Source: the human T2T-CHM13v2.0 reference genome, Homo sapiens. From it: a DNA stretch of 64,000 nucleotides. The DNA is taken from the NCBI RefSeq assembly GCF_009914755.1, contig NC_060928.1. One strand, written 5' to 3'. Below are positions 27,301 to 41,109 of this stretch, in pieces. The position numbers and the translations under genes are program-made. Each line of letters starts with the position of its first letter. The stretch's first letter is position 1. The notes beneath the pieces were generated by a model. That model did no database searches, was not told the origin of the DNA, and worked only from the letters and a program-made list of their open reading frames with translations.

Positions 27301-30300
27301 AAGGAAATACCTTCAAATAAAAACTAGACAGAAGCATTCTCAGAAACTTATTTGTGATGTGTGTCCTCAACTAACAGAGTTGAACCTTTGTTTTGATACA
27401 GCATTTTGGAAACACTCCTTTTGTAGAATCTGCAGGTGGATATTTGGATAACTTTGAAGATTTCGTTGGAAACCGGAATATCTTCATATAAAATCAAGAC
27501 AGAAGCATTCTCGGAAACATCTCTGTGATGTTTGCATTCAACTCAGTAGAGTTGAACACTTCCTTTCATAGAGCCGGTTTGAAACACTCTTTCTGCACTA
27601 CCTGGAAGCGGACATTTCGAGCGCTTTGAGGCCTATGGTGAAAAAGGAAATATCTTCTCATAAAAACCAGAAAGAAGCATTCTCAGAAACTTCTTTGTGT
27701 TGTGTGTACTCAAGTAACAGTGTTGAACCTTCCTTTTGACACAGCAGTTTTGAAACACTCTTTTGGTAGAATCTGCAAGTGGATATTTGGATAGGTTTGA
27801 GGATTTCGTTGGAAACGGGTTATCTTCATATAAAATCCAGACAGGAGCATTCTCAGAAACTTCTTTGTGCTGCATGTCCTCAATTCACAGAGCTGAACCT
27901 TTGTTTGGATACAGCATTTTGGAAACATTCCTTTAGTAGAATCTGCAAGTTGATATTTAGATAGCTTTGAAGATTTCGTTGGAAACGGGAATATCTTCAT
28001 AGAAAATCTAGACGGAAGCATTCTCAGAAACTGCTTTGTGATGTTTGCATTCAAGTCACAGAGTTGAATATTCCCTTTTATAGAGTAGGTTTGAAACACT
28101 CTTTCGGCACTACCTGGAAGTGGATATTTCGAGCTCTTTGAGGCCTATGGTTAAAAGGAAATATCTTCCCATAAAAACTAGACAGAAGCCGTCTCAGAAA
28201 CTTGTTTGTGATGTGTGTATTCAACTACCAGAGTTGAACATTTCTGTTACAGAGCAATTTTAAAACACTCTTTTTGTGGAATCTGAAAGTGGATAATTGG
28301 ATAGCTTTGTGGATTTCGTTGGAAACGGGATGACGTATAAAATCTAGAGAGAAGCATTCTCAGGAACTTCTTTCTGATGTTTGCATTCAAGTCACAGAAT
28401 TGAACATTCCTTTTCATAGTGCAGGTTTGAAACACTCTTTCTGTAGTATCTGGAAGTGGACATTTCAAGCGCTTTCAGGCCTACGGGGAGAAAGGAAATA
28501 TCTTCAAATAAAAACTAGACAGAAGGATTCTCAGAAACTTATTTGTGATGTGTGTCCTAAACGAACACAGTTGAACCTTTGTTTTGATACAGCATTTTGG
28601 AAACACTCCTTTTGTAGGATCTGCAGGTGGATATTTGGATAGATTTTAAGATTTCGTTGGAAACGGGAGTTTCTTCATAGAAACTCAAGACAGATGCATT
28701 CTCAGAAACATCTCTGTGATGTTTGCATTCCACTCATAGAGTTGAAAACTTCCTTTCATAGAGCAGGTTTGAAACACTCTTTTTGTAATATTTGGAAGTG
28801 GACATTTGCAGCGCTTTGAGGCCTATGGTGAAAAAGGAAATATCTTCTCATAAAAACCAGAAACAAGCATTCTCAGAAACTTCTTTTTGATGTGTGTACT
28901 CAAGTAACAGAGTTGAACCTTCCTTTTGACACAGCAGTTTTGAAACAATCTTTTTGTAGAATCTGCAAGTGGATATTTGGATAGCTTTGAGGATTTCGTT
29001 GGAAACGGGATATCTTCATATAAAATCTAGACAGAAGCATTCTCAGAAACTTCTTTGTGCTGTATGTCCTCAATTAACAGAGTTGAACCATTGCTTGGAT
29101 ACAGCATTTTGGAAACATTCCTTGAGTAGAATCTGCAAGTTGATATTTAGATAGATTTGAAGATTTCGTTGGAAAAGGGAATATCTCCATATAAAATCTA
29201 GAGGGAAGCATTCTCAGAAACTGCTTTGTGATGTTTCCATTCAAGTCACAGAGTTGAATATTCCCTTTTATAGAGCACGTTTGAAACACTCTTTCTGCAC
29301 TATCTGGAAGTGGACATTTCGAGCGCTTTGAGGCCTATGGTGAAAAAGGAAATATCTTCCCATAAAAACTAGACAGAAGCATTCTCAGAAACTTGTTTGT
29401 GATGTGTGTATTCAACTAACAGAGTTGAACTTTTGTTTTTACAGAGCCGTTTTAAAACACTCTTTTTGTGGAATCAGAAAGTGGATATTCGGATGGCTCT
29501 GAGGATTTCGTTGGAAGCGGGATTACATATAAAATCTAGAGAGAAGCATTCTCAGGAACTTCTTTGTGATGTTTGCATTGAAGTCACAGAATTGAACATT
29601 CACTTTGATAGAGCAGGTTTGAAACACTCATTCTGTAGTATCTGGAAGTGGACATTTCAAGCGCTTTCAGGCCTATGGTGAGAAAGGAAATATCTTCGAA
29701 TAAAAACTAGACAGAAGCATCCTCAGAAACTTATTTGTGATGTGTGTCCTCAACTAACAGAGTTGAAACTTTGTTTTGATACAGCATTTTGGAAACACTC
29801 TTTTTGTAGAATCTGCAGGTGGATATTTGGATAGCTTAGAGGGATTCGTTGGAAAGGGGATATCTTCATATAAAATCTAGACAGAAGCATTCTCAGAAAC
29901 TTATTTGTGATGTGTGTCCTCAACTAACAGAGTTGAACCTTGGTTTTGATACAGCATTTTGGAAACGCTCCTTTTGTAGAATCTGCAGGTGGATATGTGG
30001 ATAGCTCTGAAGATTTCGTTGGAAACGGGAATTTCTTCATATAAAATCAAACAGAAGCATTCTCAGAAACTTCTCAGTGATGTTTGCATTCAGCTCATGG
30101 AGTTGAACACTTCCTTTCATAGAGCCGGTTTGAAACACTCTTTCTGCACTACCTGGAAGAGGACATTTCGAGCGCTTTGAGTCCTATGGTGAAAAAGGAA
30201 ATATCTTCTCATAAAAACCAGAAAGAAGCATTCTCAGAAACTTCTTTGTGTTGTGTGTACTCATGTAACAGTGTTGAACCATCCTTTTGACAGAGCAGTT

Positions 30301-33300
30301 TTGAAACACTCTTTTTGTAGAATCTGCAAGTGGATATTTGGATAGCTTTGAGGATTTCGTTGGAAACGGGATGACATATAATATCTAGAGAGAAGCATAC
30401 TCAGGAACTTCTTTGTGATGTTTGCATTCAAGTCACAGAATTGAACATTCCCTTTCATAGAGCAGGTTTGAAACACTCTTTCTCTAGTATCTGGAAGTGG
30501 GCATTTCAAGCGCTTTCAGGCCTATGGAGAGAAAGGAAATACCTTCAAATAAAAACTAGACAGAAGCATTCTCAGAAACTTATTTGTGATGTGTGTCCTC
30601 AACTAACAGAGTTGAACCTTTGTTTTGATACAGCATTTTGGAAACACTCCTTTTGTAGAATCTGCAGGTGGATATTTGGATAACTTTGAAGATTTCGTTG
30701 GAAACCGGAATATCTTCATATAAAATCAAGACAGAAGCATTCTCGGAAACATCTCTGTGATGTTTGCATTCAACTCAGTAGAGTTGAACACTTCCTTTCA
30801 TAGAGCCGGTTTGAAACACTCTTTCTGCACTACCTGGAAGCGGACATTTCGAGCGCTTTGAGGCCTATGGTGAAAAAGGAAATATCTTCTCATAAAAACC
30901 AGAAAGAAGCATTCTCAGAAACTTCTTTGTGTTGTGTGTACTCAAGTAACAGTGTTGAACCTTCCTTTTGACACAGCAGTTTTGAAACACTCTTTTGGTA
31001 GAATCTGCAAGTGGATATTTGGATAGGTTTGAGGATTTCGTTGGAAACGGGTTATCTTCATATAAAATCCAGACAGGAGCATTCTCAGAAACTTCTTTGT
31101 GCTGCATGTCCTCAATTCACAGAGCTGAACCTTTGTTTGGATACAGCATTTTGGAAACATTCCTTTAGTAGAATCTGCAAGTTGATATTTAGATAGCTTT
31201 GAAGATTTCGTTGGAAACGGGAATATCTTCATAGAAAATCTAGACGGAAGCATTCTCAGAAACTGCTTTGTGATGTTTGCATTCAAGTCACAGAGTTGAA
31301 TATTCCCTTTTATAGAGTAGGTTTGAAACACTCTTTCGGCACTACCTGGAAGTGGATATTTCGAGCTCTTTGAGGCCTATGGTTAAAAGGAAATATCTTC
31401 CCATAAAAACTAGACAGAAGCCGTCTCAGAAACTTGTTTGTGATGTGTGTATTCAACTACCAGAGTTGAACATTTCTGTTACAGAGCAATTTTAAAACAC
31501 TCTTTTTGTGGAATCTGAAAGTGGATAATTGGATAGCTTTGTGGATTTCGTTGGAAACGGGATGACGTATAAAATCTAGAGAGAAGCATTCTCAGGAACT
31601 TCTTTCTGATGTTTGCATTCAAGTCACAGAATTGAACATTCCTTTTCATAGTGCAGGTTTGAAACACTCTTTCTGTAGTATCTGGAAGTGGACATTTCAA
31701 GCGCTTTCAGGCCTACGGGGAGAAAGGAAATATCTTCAAATAAAAACTAGACAGAAGGATTCTCAGAAACTTATTTGTGATGTGTGTCCTAAACGAACAC
31801 AGTTGAACCTTTGTTTTGATACAGCATTTTGGAAACACTCCTTTTGTAGGATCTGCAGGTGGATATTTGGATAGATTTTAAGATTTCGTTGGAAACGGGA
31901 GTTTCTTCATAGAAACTCAAGACAGATGCATTCTCAGAAACATCTCTGTGATGTTTGCATTCCACTCATAGAGTTGAAAACTTCCTTTCATAGAGCAGGT
32001 TTGAAACACTCTTTTTGTAATATTTGGAAGTGGACATTTGCAGCGCTTTGAGGCCTATGGTGAAAAAGGAAATATCTTCTCATAAAAACCAGAAACAAGC
32101 ATTCTCAGAAACTTCTTTTTGATGTGTGTACTCAAGTAACAGAGTTGAACCTTCCTTTTGACACAGCAGTTTTGAAACAATCTTTTTGTAGAATCTGCAA
32201 GTGGATATTTGGATAGCTTTGAGGATTTCGTTGGAAACGGGATATCTTCATATAAAATCTAGACAGAAGCATTCTCAGAAACTTCTTTGTGCTGTATGTC
32301 CTCAATTAACAGAGTTGAACCATTGCTTGGATACAGCATTTTGGAAACATTCCTTGAGTAGAATCTGCAAGTTGATATTTAGATAGATTTGAAGATTTCG
32401 TTGGAAAAGGGAATATCTCCATATAAAATCTAGAGGGAAGCATTCTCAGAAACTGCTTTGTGATGTTTCCATTCAAGTCACAGAGTTGAATATTCCCTTT
32501 TATAGAGCACGTTTGAAACACTCTTTCTGCACTATCTGGAAGTGGACATTTCGAGCGCTTTGAGGCCTATGGTGAAAAAGGAAATATCTTCCCATAAAAA
32601 CTAGACAGAAGCATTCTCAGAAACTTGTTTGTGATGTGTGTATTCAACTAACAGAGTTGAACTTTTGTTTTTACAGAGCCGTTTTAAAACACTCTTTTTG
32701 TGGAATCAGAAAGTGGATATTCGGATGGCTCTGAGGATTTCGTTGGAAGCGGGATTACATATAAAATCTAGAGAGAAGCATTCTCAGGAACTTCTTTGTG
32801 ATGTTTGCATTGAAGTCACAGAATTGAACATTCACTTTGATAGAGCAGGTTTGAAACACTCATTCTGTAGTATCTGGAAGTGGACATTTCAAGCGCTTTC
32901 AGGCCTATGGTGAGAAAGGAAATATCTTCGAATAAAAACTAGACAGAAGCATCCTCAGAAACTTATTTGTGATGTGTGTCCTCAACTAACAGAGTTGAAA
33001 CTTTGTTTTGATACAGCATTTTGGAAACACTCTTTTTGTAGAATCTGCAGGTGGATATTTGGATAGCTTAGAGGGATTCGTTGGAAAGGGGATATCTTCA
33101 TATAAAATCTAGACAGAAGCATTCTCAGAAACTTATTTGTGATGTGTGTCCTCAACTAACAGAGTTGAACCTTGGTTTTGATACAGCATTTTGGAAACGC
33201 TCCTTTTGTAGAATCTGCAGGTGGATATGTGGATAGCTCTGAAGATTTCGTTGGAAACGGGAATTTCTTCATATAAAATCAAACAGAAGCATTCTCAGAA

Positions 33301-35843
33301 ACTTCTCAGTGATGTTTGCATTCAGCTCATGGAGTTGAACACTTCCTTTCATAGAGCCGGTTTGAAACACTCTTTCTGCACTACCTGGAAGAGGACATTT
33401 CGAGCGCTTTGAGTCCTATGGTGAAAAAGGAAATATCTTCTCATAAAAACCAGAAAGAAGCATTCTCAGAAACTTCTTTGTGTTGTGTGTACTCATGTAA
33501 CAGTGTTGAACCATCCTTTTGACAGAGCAGTTTTGAAACACTCTTTTTGTAGAATCTGCAAGTGGATATTTGGATAGCTTTGAGGATTTCGTTGGAAACG
33601 GGATGACATATAATATCTAGAGAGAAGCATTCTCAGGAACTTCTTTGTGATGTTTGCATTCAAGTCACAGAATTGAACATTCCCTTTCATAGAGCAGGTT
33701 TGAAACACTCTTTCTCTAGTATCTGGAAGTGGGCATTTCAAGCGCTTTCAGGCCTATGGAGAGAAAGGAAATACCTTCAAATAAAAACTAGACAGAAGCA
33801 TTCTCAGAAACTTATTTGTGATGTGTGTCCTCAACTAACAGAGTTGAACCTTTGTTTTGATACAGCATTTTGGAAACACTCCTTTTGTAGAATCTGCAGG
33901 TGGATATTTGGATAACTTTGAAGATTTCGTTGGAAACCGGAATATCTTCATATAAAATCAAGACAGAAGCATTCTCGGAAACATCTCTGTGATGTTTGCA
34001 TTCAACTCAGTAGAGTTGAACACTTCCTTTCATAGAGCCGGTTTGAAACACTCTTTCTGCACTACCTGGAAGCGGACATTTCGAGCGCTTTGAGGCCTAT
34101 GGTGAAAAAGGAAATATCTTCTCATAAAAACCAGAAAGAAGCATTCTCAGAAACTTCTTTGTGTTGTGTGTACTCAAGTAACAGTGTTGAACCTTCCTTT
34201 TGACACAGCAGTTTTGAAACACTCTTTTGGTAGAATCTGCAAGTGGATATTTGGATAGCTTTGAGGATTTCGTTGGAAACGGGTTATCTTCATATAAAAT
34301 CCAGACAGGAGCATTCTCAGAAACTTCTTTGTGCTGCATGTCCTCAATTCACAGAGCTGAACCTTTGTTTGGATACAGCATTTTGGAAACATTCCTTTAG
34401 TAGAATCTGCAAGTTGATATTTAGATAGCTTTGAAGATTTCGTTGGAAACGGGAATATCTTCATAGAAAATCTAGACGGAAGCATTCTCAGAAACTGCTT
34501 TGTGATGTTTGCATTCAAGTCACAGAGTTGAATATTCCCTTTTATAGAGTAGGTTTGAAACACTCTTTCGGCACTACCTGGAAGTGGATATTTCGAGCTC
34601 TTTGAGGCCTATGGTTAAAAGGAAATATCTTCCCATAAAAACTAGACAGAAGCCGTCTCAGAAACTTGTTTGTGATGTGTGTATTCAACTACCAGAGTTG
34701 AACATTTCTGTTACAGAGCAATTTTAAAACACTCTTTTTGTGGAATCTGAAAGTGGATAATTGGATAGCTTTGTGGATTTCGTTGGAAACGGGATGACGT
34801 ATAAAATCTAGAGAGAAGCATTCTCAGGAACTTCTTTGTGATGTTTGCATTCAAGTCACAGAATTGAACATTCCTTTTCATAGTGCAGGTTTGAAACACT
34901 CTTTCTGTAGTATCTGGAAGTGGACATTTCAAGCGCTTTCAGGCCTACGGGGAGAAAGGAAATATCTTCAAATAAAAACTAGACAGAAGGATTCTCAGAA
35001 ACTTATTTGTGATGTGTGTCCTAAACGAACACAGTTGAACCTTTGTTTAGATACAGCATTTTGGAAACACTCCTTTTGTAGGATCTGCAGGTGGATATTT
35101 GGATAGATTTTAAGATTTCGTTGGAAACGGGAGTTTCTTCATAGAAACTCAAGACAGATGCATTCTCAGAAACATCTCTGTGATGTTTGCATTCCACTCA
35201 TAGAGTTGAAAACTTCCTTTCATAGAGCAGGTTTGAAACACTCTTTTTGTAATATTTGGAAGTGGACATTTGCAGCGCTTTGAGGCCTATGGTGAAAAAG
35301 GAAATATCTTCTCATAAAAACCAGAAACAAGCATTCTCAGAAACTTCTTTTTGATGTGTGTACTCAAGTAACAGAGTTGAACCTTCCTTTTGACACAGCA
35401 GTTTTGAAACAATCTTTTTGTAGAATCTGCAAGTGGATATTTGGATAGCTTTGAGGATTTCGTTGGAAACGGGATATCTTCATATAAAATCTAGACAGAA
35501 GCATTCTCAGAAACTTCTTTGTGCTGTATGTCCTCAATTAACAGAGTTGAACCATTGCTTGGATACAGCATTTTGGAAACATTCCTTTAGTAGAATCTGC
35601 AAGTTGATATTTAGATAGATTTGAAGATTTCGTTGGAAAAGGGAATATCTCCATATAAAATCTAGACGGAAGCATTCTCAGAAACTGCTTTGTGATGTTT
35701 CCATTCAAGTCACAGAGTTGAATATTCCCTTTTATAGAGCACGTTTGAAACACTCTTTCTGCACTATCTGGAAGTGGACATTTCGAGCGCTTTGAGGCCT
35801 ATGGTGAAAAAGGAAATATCTTCCCATAAAAATTAGACAGAAG

Positions 35844-36860
35844 CATTCTCAGAAACTTGTTTGTGATGTGTGTATTCAACTAACAGAGTTGAACTTTTGT
35901 TTTTACAGAGCCGTTTTAAAACACTCTTTTTGTGGAATCAGAAAGTGGATATTCGGATGGCTCTGAGGATTTCGTTGGAAGCGGGATTACATATAAAATC
36001 TAGAGAGAAGCATTCTCAGGAACTTCTTTGTGATGTTTGCATTGAAGTCACAGAATTGAACATTCACTTTGATAGAGCAGGTTTGAAACACTCATTCTGT
36101 AGTATCTGGAAGTGGACATTTCAAGCGCTTTCAGGCCTATGGTGAAAAAGGAAATATCTTCGAATAAAAACTAGACAGAAGCATCCTCAGAAACTTATTT
36201 GTGATGTGTGTCCTCAACTAACAGAGTTGAAACTTTGTTTTGATACAGCATTTTGGAAACACTCCTTTTGTAGAATCTGCAGGTGGATATGTGGATAGCT
36301 CTGAAGATTTCGTTGGAAACGGGAATTTCTTCATATAAAATCAAACAGAAGCATTCTCAGAAACTTCTCAGTGATGTTTGCATTCAGCTCATGGAGTTGA
36401 ACACTTCCTTTCATAGAGCCGGTTTGAAACACTCTTTCTGCACTACCTGGAAGAGGCCATTTCGAGCGCTTTGAGTCCTATGGTGAAAAAGGAAATATCT
36501 TCTCATAAAAACCAGAAAGAAGCATTCTCAGAAACTTCTTTGTGTTGTGTGTACTCATGTAACAGTGTTGAACCATCCTTTTGACAGAGCAGTTTTGAAA
36601 CACTCTTTTTGTAGAATCTGCAAGTGGATATTTGGATAGCTTTGAGGATTTCGTTGGAAACGGGATGACATATAATATCTAGAGAGAAGCATTCTCAGGA
36701 ACTTCTTTGTGCTGTTTGCATTCAAGTCACAGAATTGAACATTCCCTTTCATAGAGCAGATTTGAAACACTCTTTCTCTAGTATCTGGAAGTGGGCATTT
36801 CAAGCGCTTTCAGGCCTATTGAGAGAAAGGAAATACCTTCAAATAAAAACTAGACAGAAG
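35844..36860 (+). repeat. 6-mer structural-variant HOR #1 (m1, m2, m3/4 hybrid, m5, m6, m7; 1,017 bp)
   Basis: m1 marker spacing 35870 to 36887 = 1,017 bp. m1-to-m4 marker distance is 413 instead of 583 bp (one monomer lost). m7 is followed directly by m1. Confidence 0.93.
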
Positions 36861-39800
36861 CATTCTCAGAAACTTGTTTGTGATGTGTGTATTCAACTAA
36901 CAGAGTTGAACTTTTGTTTTTACAGAGCCGTTTTAAAACACTCTTTTTGTGGAATCAGAAAGTGGATATTCGGATGGCTCTGAGGATTTCGTTGGAAGCG
37001 GGATTACATATAAAATCTAGAGAGAAGCATTCTCAGGAACTTCTTTGTGATGTTTGCATTGAAGTCACAGAATTGAACATTCACTTTGATAGAGCAGGTT
37101 TGAAACACTCATTCTGTAGTATCTGGAAGTGGACATTTCAAGCGCTTTCAGGCCTATGGTGAGAAAGGAAATATCTTCGAATAAAAACTAGACAGAAGCA
37201 TCCTCAGAAACTTATTTGTGATGTGTGTCCTCAACTAACAGAGTTGAAACTTTGTTTTGATACAGCATTTTGGAAACACTCTTTTTGTAGAATCTGCAGG
37301 TGGATATTTGGATAGCTTAGAGGGATTCGTTGGAAAGGGGATATCTTCATATAAAATCTAGACAGAAGCATTCTCAGAAACTTATTTGTGATGTGTGTCC
37401 TCAACTAACAGAGTTGAACCTTGGTTTTGATACAGCATTTTGGAAACACTCCTTTTGTAGAATCTGCAGGTGGATATGTGGATAGCTCTGAAGATTTCGT
37501 TGGAAACGGGAATTTCTTCATATAAAATCAAACAGAAGCATTCTCAGAAACTTCTCAGTGATGTTTGCATTCAGCTCATGGAGTTGAACACTTCCTTTCA
37601 TAGAGCCGGTTTGAAACACTCTTTCTGCACTACCTGGAAGAGGACATTTCGAGCGCTTTGAGTCCTATGGTGAAAAAGGAAATATCTTCTCATAAAAACC
37701 AGAAAGAAGCATTCTCAGAAACTTCTTTGTGTTGTGTGTACTCATGTAACAGTGTTGAACCATCCTTTTGACAGAGCAGTTTTGAAACACTCTTTTTGTA
37801 GAATCTGCAAGTGGATATTTGGATAGCTTTGAGGATTTCGTTGGAAACGGGATGACATATAATATCTAGAGAGAAGCATTCTCAGGAACTTCTTTGTGAT
37901 GTTTGCATTCAAGTCACAGAATTGAACATTCCCTTTCATAGAGCAGGTTTGAAACACTCTTTCTCTAGTATCTGGAAGTGGGCATTTCAAGCGCTTTCAG
38001 GCCTATGGAGAGAAAGGAAATACCTTCAAATAAAAACTAGACAGAAGCATTCTCAGAAACTTATTTGTGATGTGTGTCCTCAACTAACAGAGTTGAACCT
38101 TTGTTTTGATACAGCATTTTGGAAACACTCCTTTTGTAGAATCTGCAGGTGGATATTTGGATAACTTTGAAGATTTCGTTGGAAACCGGAATATCTTCAT
38201 ATAAAATCAAGACAGAAGCATTCTCGGAAACATCTCTGTGATGTTTGCATTCAACTCAGTAGAGTTGAACACTTCCTTTCATAGAGCCGGTTTGAAACAC
38301 TCTTTCTGCACTACCTGGAAGCGGACATTTCGAGCGCTTTGAGGCCTATGGTGAAAAAGGAAATATCTTCTCATAAAAACCAGAAAGAAGCATTCTCAGA
38401 AACTTCTTTGTGTTGTGTGTACTCAAGTAACAGTGTTGAACCTTCCTTTTGACACAGCAGTTTTGAAACACTCTTTTGGTAGAATCTGCAAGTGGATATT
38501 TGGATAGCTTTGAGGATTTCGTTGGAAACGGGTTATCTTCATATAAAATCCAGACAGGAGCATTCTCAGAAACTTCTTTGTGCTGCATGTCCTCAATTCA
38601 CAGAGCTGAACCTTTGTTTGGATACAGCATTTTGGAAACATTCCTTTAGTAGAATCTGCAAGTTGATATTTAGATAGCTTTGAAGATTTCGTTGGAAACG
38701 GGAATATCTTCATAGAAAATCTAGACGGAAGCATTCTCAGAAACTGCTTTGTGATGTTTGCATTCAAGTCACAGAGTTGAATATTCCCTTTTATAGAGTA
38801 GGTTTGAAACACTCTTTCGGCACTACCTGGAAGTGGATATTTCGAGCTCTTTGAGGCCTATGGTTAAAAGGAAATATCTTCCCATAAAAACTAGACAGAA
38901 GCCGTCTCAGAAACTTGTTTGTGATGTGTGTATTCAACTACCAGAGTTGAACATTTCTGTTACAGAGCAATTTTAAAACACTCTTTTTGTGGAATCTGAA
39001 AGTGGATAATTGGATAGCTTTGTGGATTTCGTTGGAAACGGGATGACGTATAAAATCTAGAGAGAAGCATTCTCAGGAACTTCTTTCTGATGTTTGCATT
39101 CAAGTCACAGAATTGAACATTCCTTTTCATAGTGCAGGTTTGAAACACTCTTTCTGTAGTATCTGGAAGTGGACATTTCAAGCGCTTTCAGGCCTACGGG
39201 GAGAAAGGAAATATCTTCAAATAAAAACTAGACAGAAGGATTCTCAGAAACTTATTTGTGATGTGTGTCCTAAACGAACACAGTTGAACCTTTGTTTTGA
39301 TACAGCATTTTGGAAACACTCCTTTTGTAGGATCTGCAGGTGGATATTTGGATAGATTTTAAGATTTCGTTGGAAACGGGAGTTTCTTCATAGAAACTCA
39401 AGACAGATGCATTCTCAGAAACATCTCTGTGATGTTTGCATTCCACTCATAGAGTTGAAAACTTCCTTTCATAGAGCAGGTTTGAAACACTCTTTTTGTA
39501 ATATTTGGAAGTGGACATTTGCAGCGCTTTGAGGCCTATGGTGAAAAAGGAAATATCTTCTCATAAAAACCAGAAACAAGCATTCTCAGAAACTTCTTTT
39601 TGATGTGTGTACTCAAGTAACAGAGTTGAACCTTCCTTTTGACACAGCAGTTTTGAAACAATCTTTTTGTAGAATCTGCAAGTGGATATTTGGATAGCTT
39701 TGAGGATTTCGTTGGAAACGGGATATCTTCATATAAAATCTAGACAGAAGCATTCTCAGAAACTTCTTTGTGCTGTATGTCCTCAATTAACAGAGTTGAA

Positions 39801-40092
39801 CCATTGCTTGGATACAGCATTTTGGAAACATTCCTTTAGTAGAATCTGCAAGTTGATATTGAGATAGATTTGAAGATTTCGTTGGAAAAGGGAATATCTC
39901 CATATAAAATCTAGACGGAAGCATTCTCAGAAACTGCTTTGTGATGTTTCCATTCAAGTCACAGAGTTGAATATTCCCTTTTATAGAGCACGTTTGAAAC
40001 ACTCTTTCTGCACTATCTGGAAGTGGACATTTCGAGCGCTTTGAGGCCTATGGTGAAAAAGGAAATATCTTCCCATAAAAATTAGACAGAAG
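36861..40092 (+). repeat. 19-mer HOR (H12)
   Basis: 3,232 bp, full monomer set. Confidence 0.94.
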
Positions 40093-41109
40093 CATTCTCA
40101 GAAACTTGTTTGTGATGTGTGTATTCAACTAACAGAGTTGAACTTTTGTTTTTACAGAGCCGTTTTAAAACACTCTTTTTGTGGAATCAGAAAGTGGATA
40201 TTCGGATGGCTCTGAGGATTTCGTTGGAAGCGGGATTACATATAAAATCTAGAGAGAAGCATTCTCAGGAACTTCTTTGTGATGTTTGCATTGAAGTCAC
40301 AGAATTGAACATTCACTTTGATAGAGCAGGTTTGAAACACTCATTCTGTAGTATCTGGAAGTGGACATTTCAAGCGCTTTCAGGCCTATGGTGAAAAAGG
40401 AAATATCTTCGAATAAAAACTAGACAGAAGCATCCTCAGAAACTTATTTGTGATGTGTGTCCTCAACTAACAGAGTTGAAACTTTGTTTTGATACAGCAT
40501 TTTGGAAACACTCCTTTTGTAGAATCTGCAGGTGGATATGTGGATAGCTCTGAAGATTTCGTTGGAAACGGGAATTTCTTCATATAAAATCAAACAGAAG
40601 CATTCTCAGAAACTTCTCAGTGATGTTTGCATTCAGCTCATGGAGTTGAACACTTCCTTTCATAGAGCCGGTTTGAAACACTCTTTCTGCACTACCTGGA
40701 AGAGGCCATTTCGAGCGCTTTGAGTCCTATGTTGAAAAAGGAAATATCTTCTCATAAAAACCAGAAAGAAGCATTCTCAGAAACTTCTTTGTGTTGTGTG
40801 TACTCATGTAACAGTGTTGAACCATCCTTTTGACAGAGCAGTTTTGAAACACTCTTTTTGTAGAATCTGCAAGTGGATATTTGGATAGCTTTGAGGATTT
40901 CGTTGGAAACGGGATGACATATAATATCTAGAGAGAAGCATTCTCAGGAACTTCTTTGTGCTGTTTGCATTCAAGTCACAGAATTGAACATTCCCTTTCA
41001 TAGAGCAGATTTGAAACACTCTTTCTCTAGTATCTGGAAGTGGGCATTTCAAGCGCTTTCAGGCCTATTGAGAGAAAGGAAATACCTTCAAATAAAAACT
41101 AGACAGAAG
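40093..41109 (+). repeat. 6-mer structural-variant HOR #2 (1,017 bp)
   Basis: Marker spacing 40119 to 41136; same hybrid monomer and diagnostic SNPs as #1. Confidence 0.93.

Larger units (their letters stand above)
292..35843 (+). repeat. Eleven tandem canonical 19-mer HORs (H1-H11)
   Basis: Unit starts at 292, 3524, 6756, 9988, 13220, 16452, 19684, 22916, 26148, 29380 and 32612, each exactly 3,232 bp apart, differing only by scattered substitutions. Confidence 0.96.
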
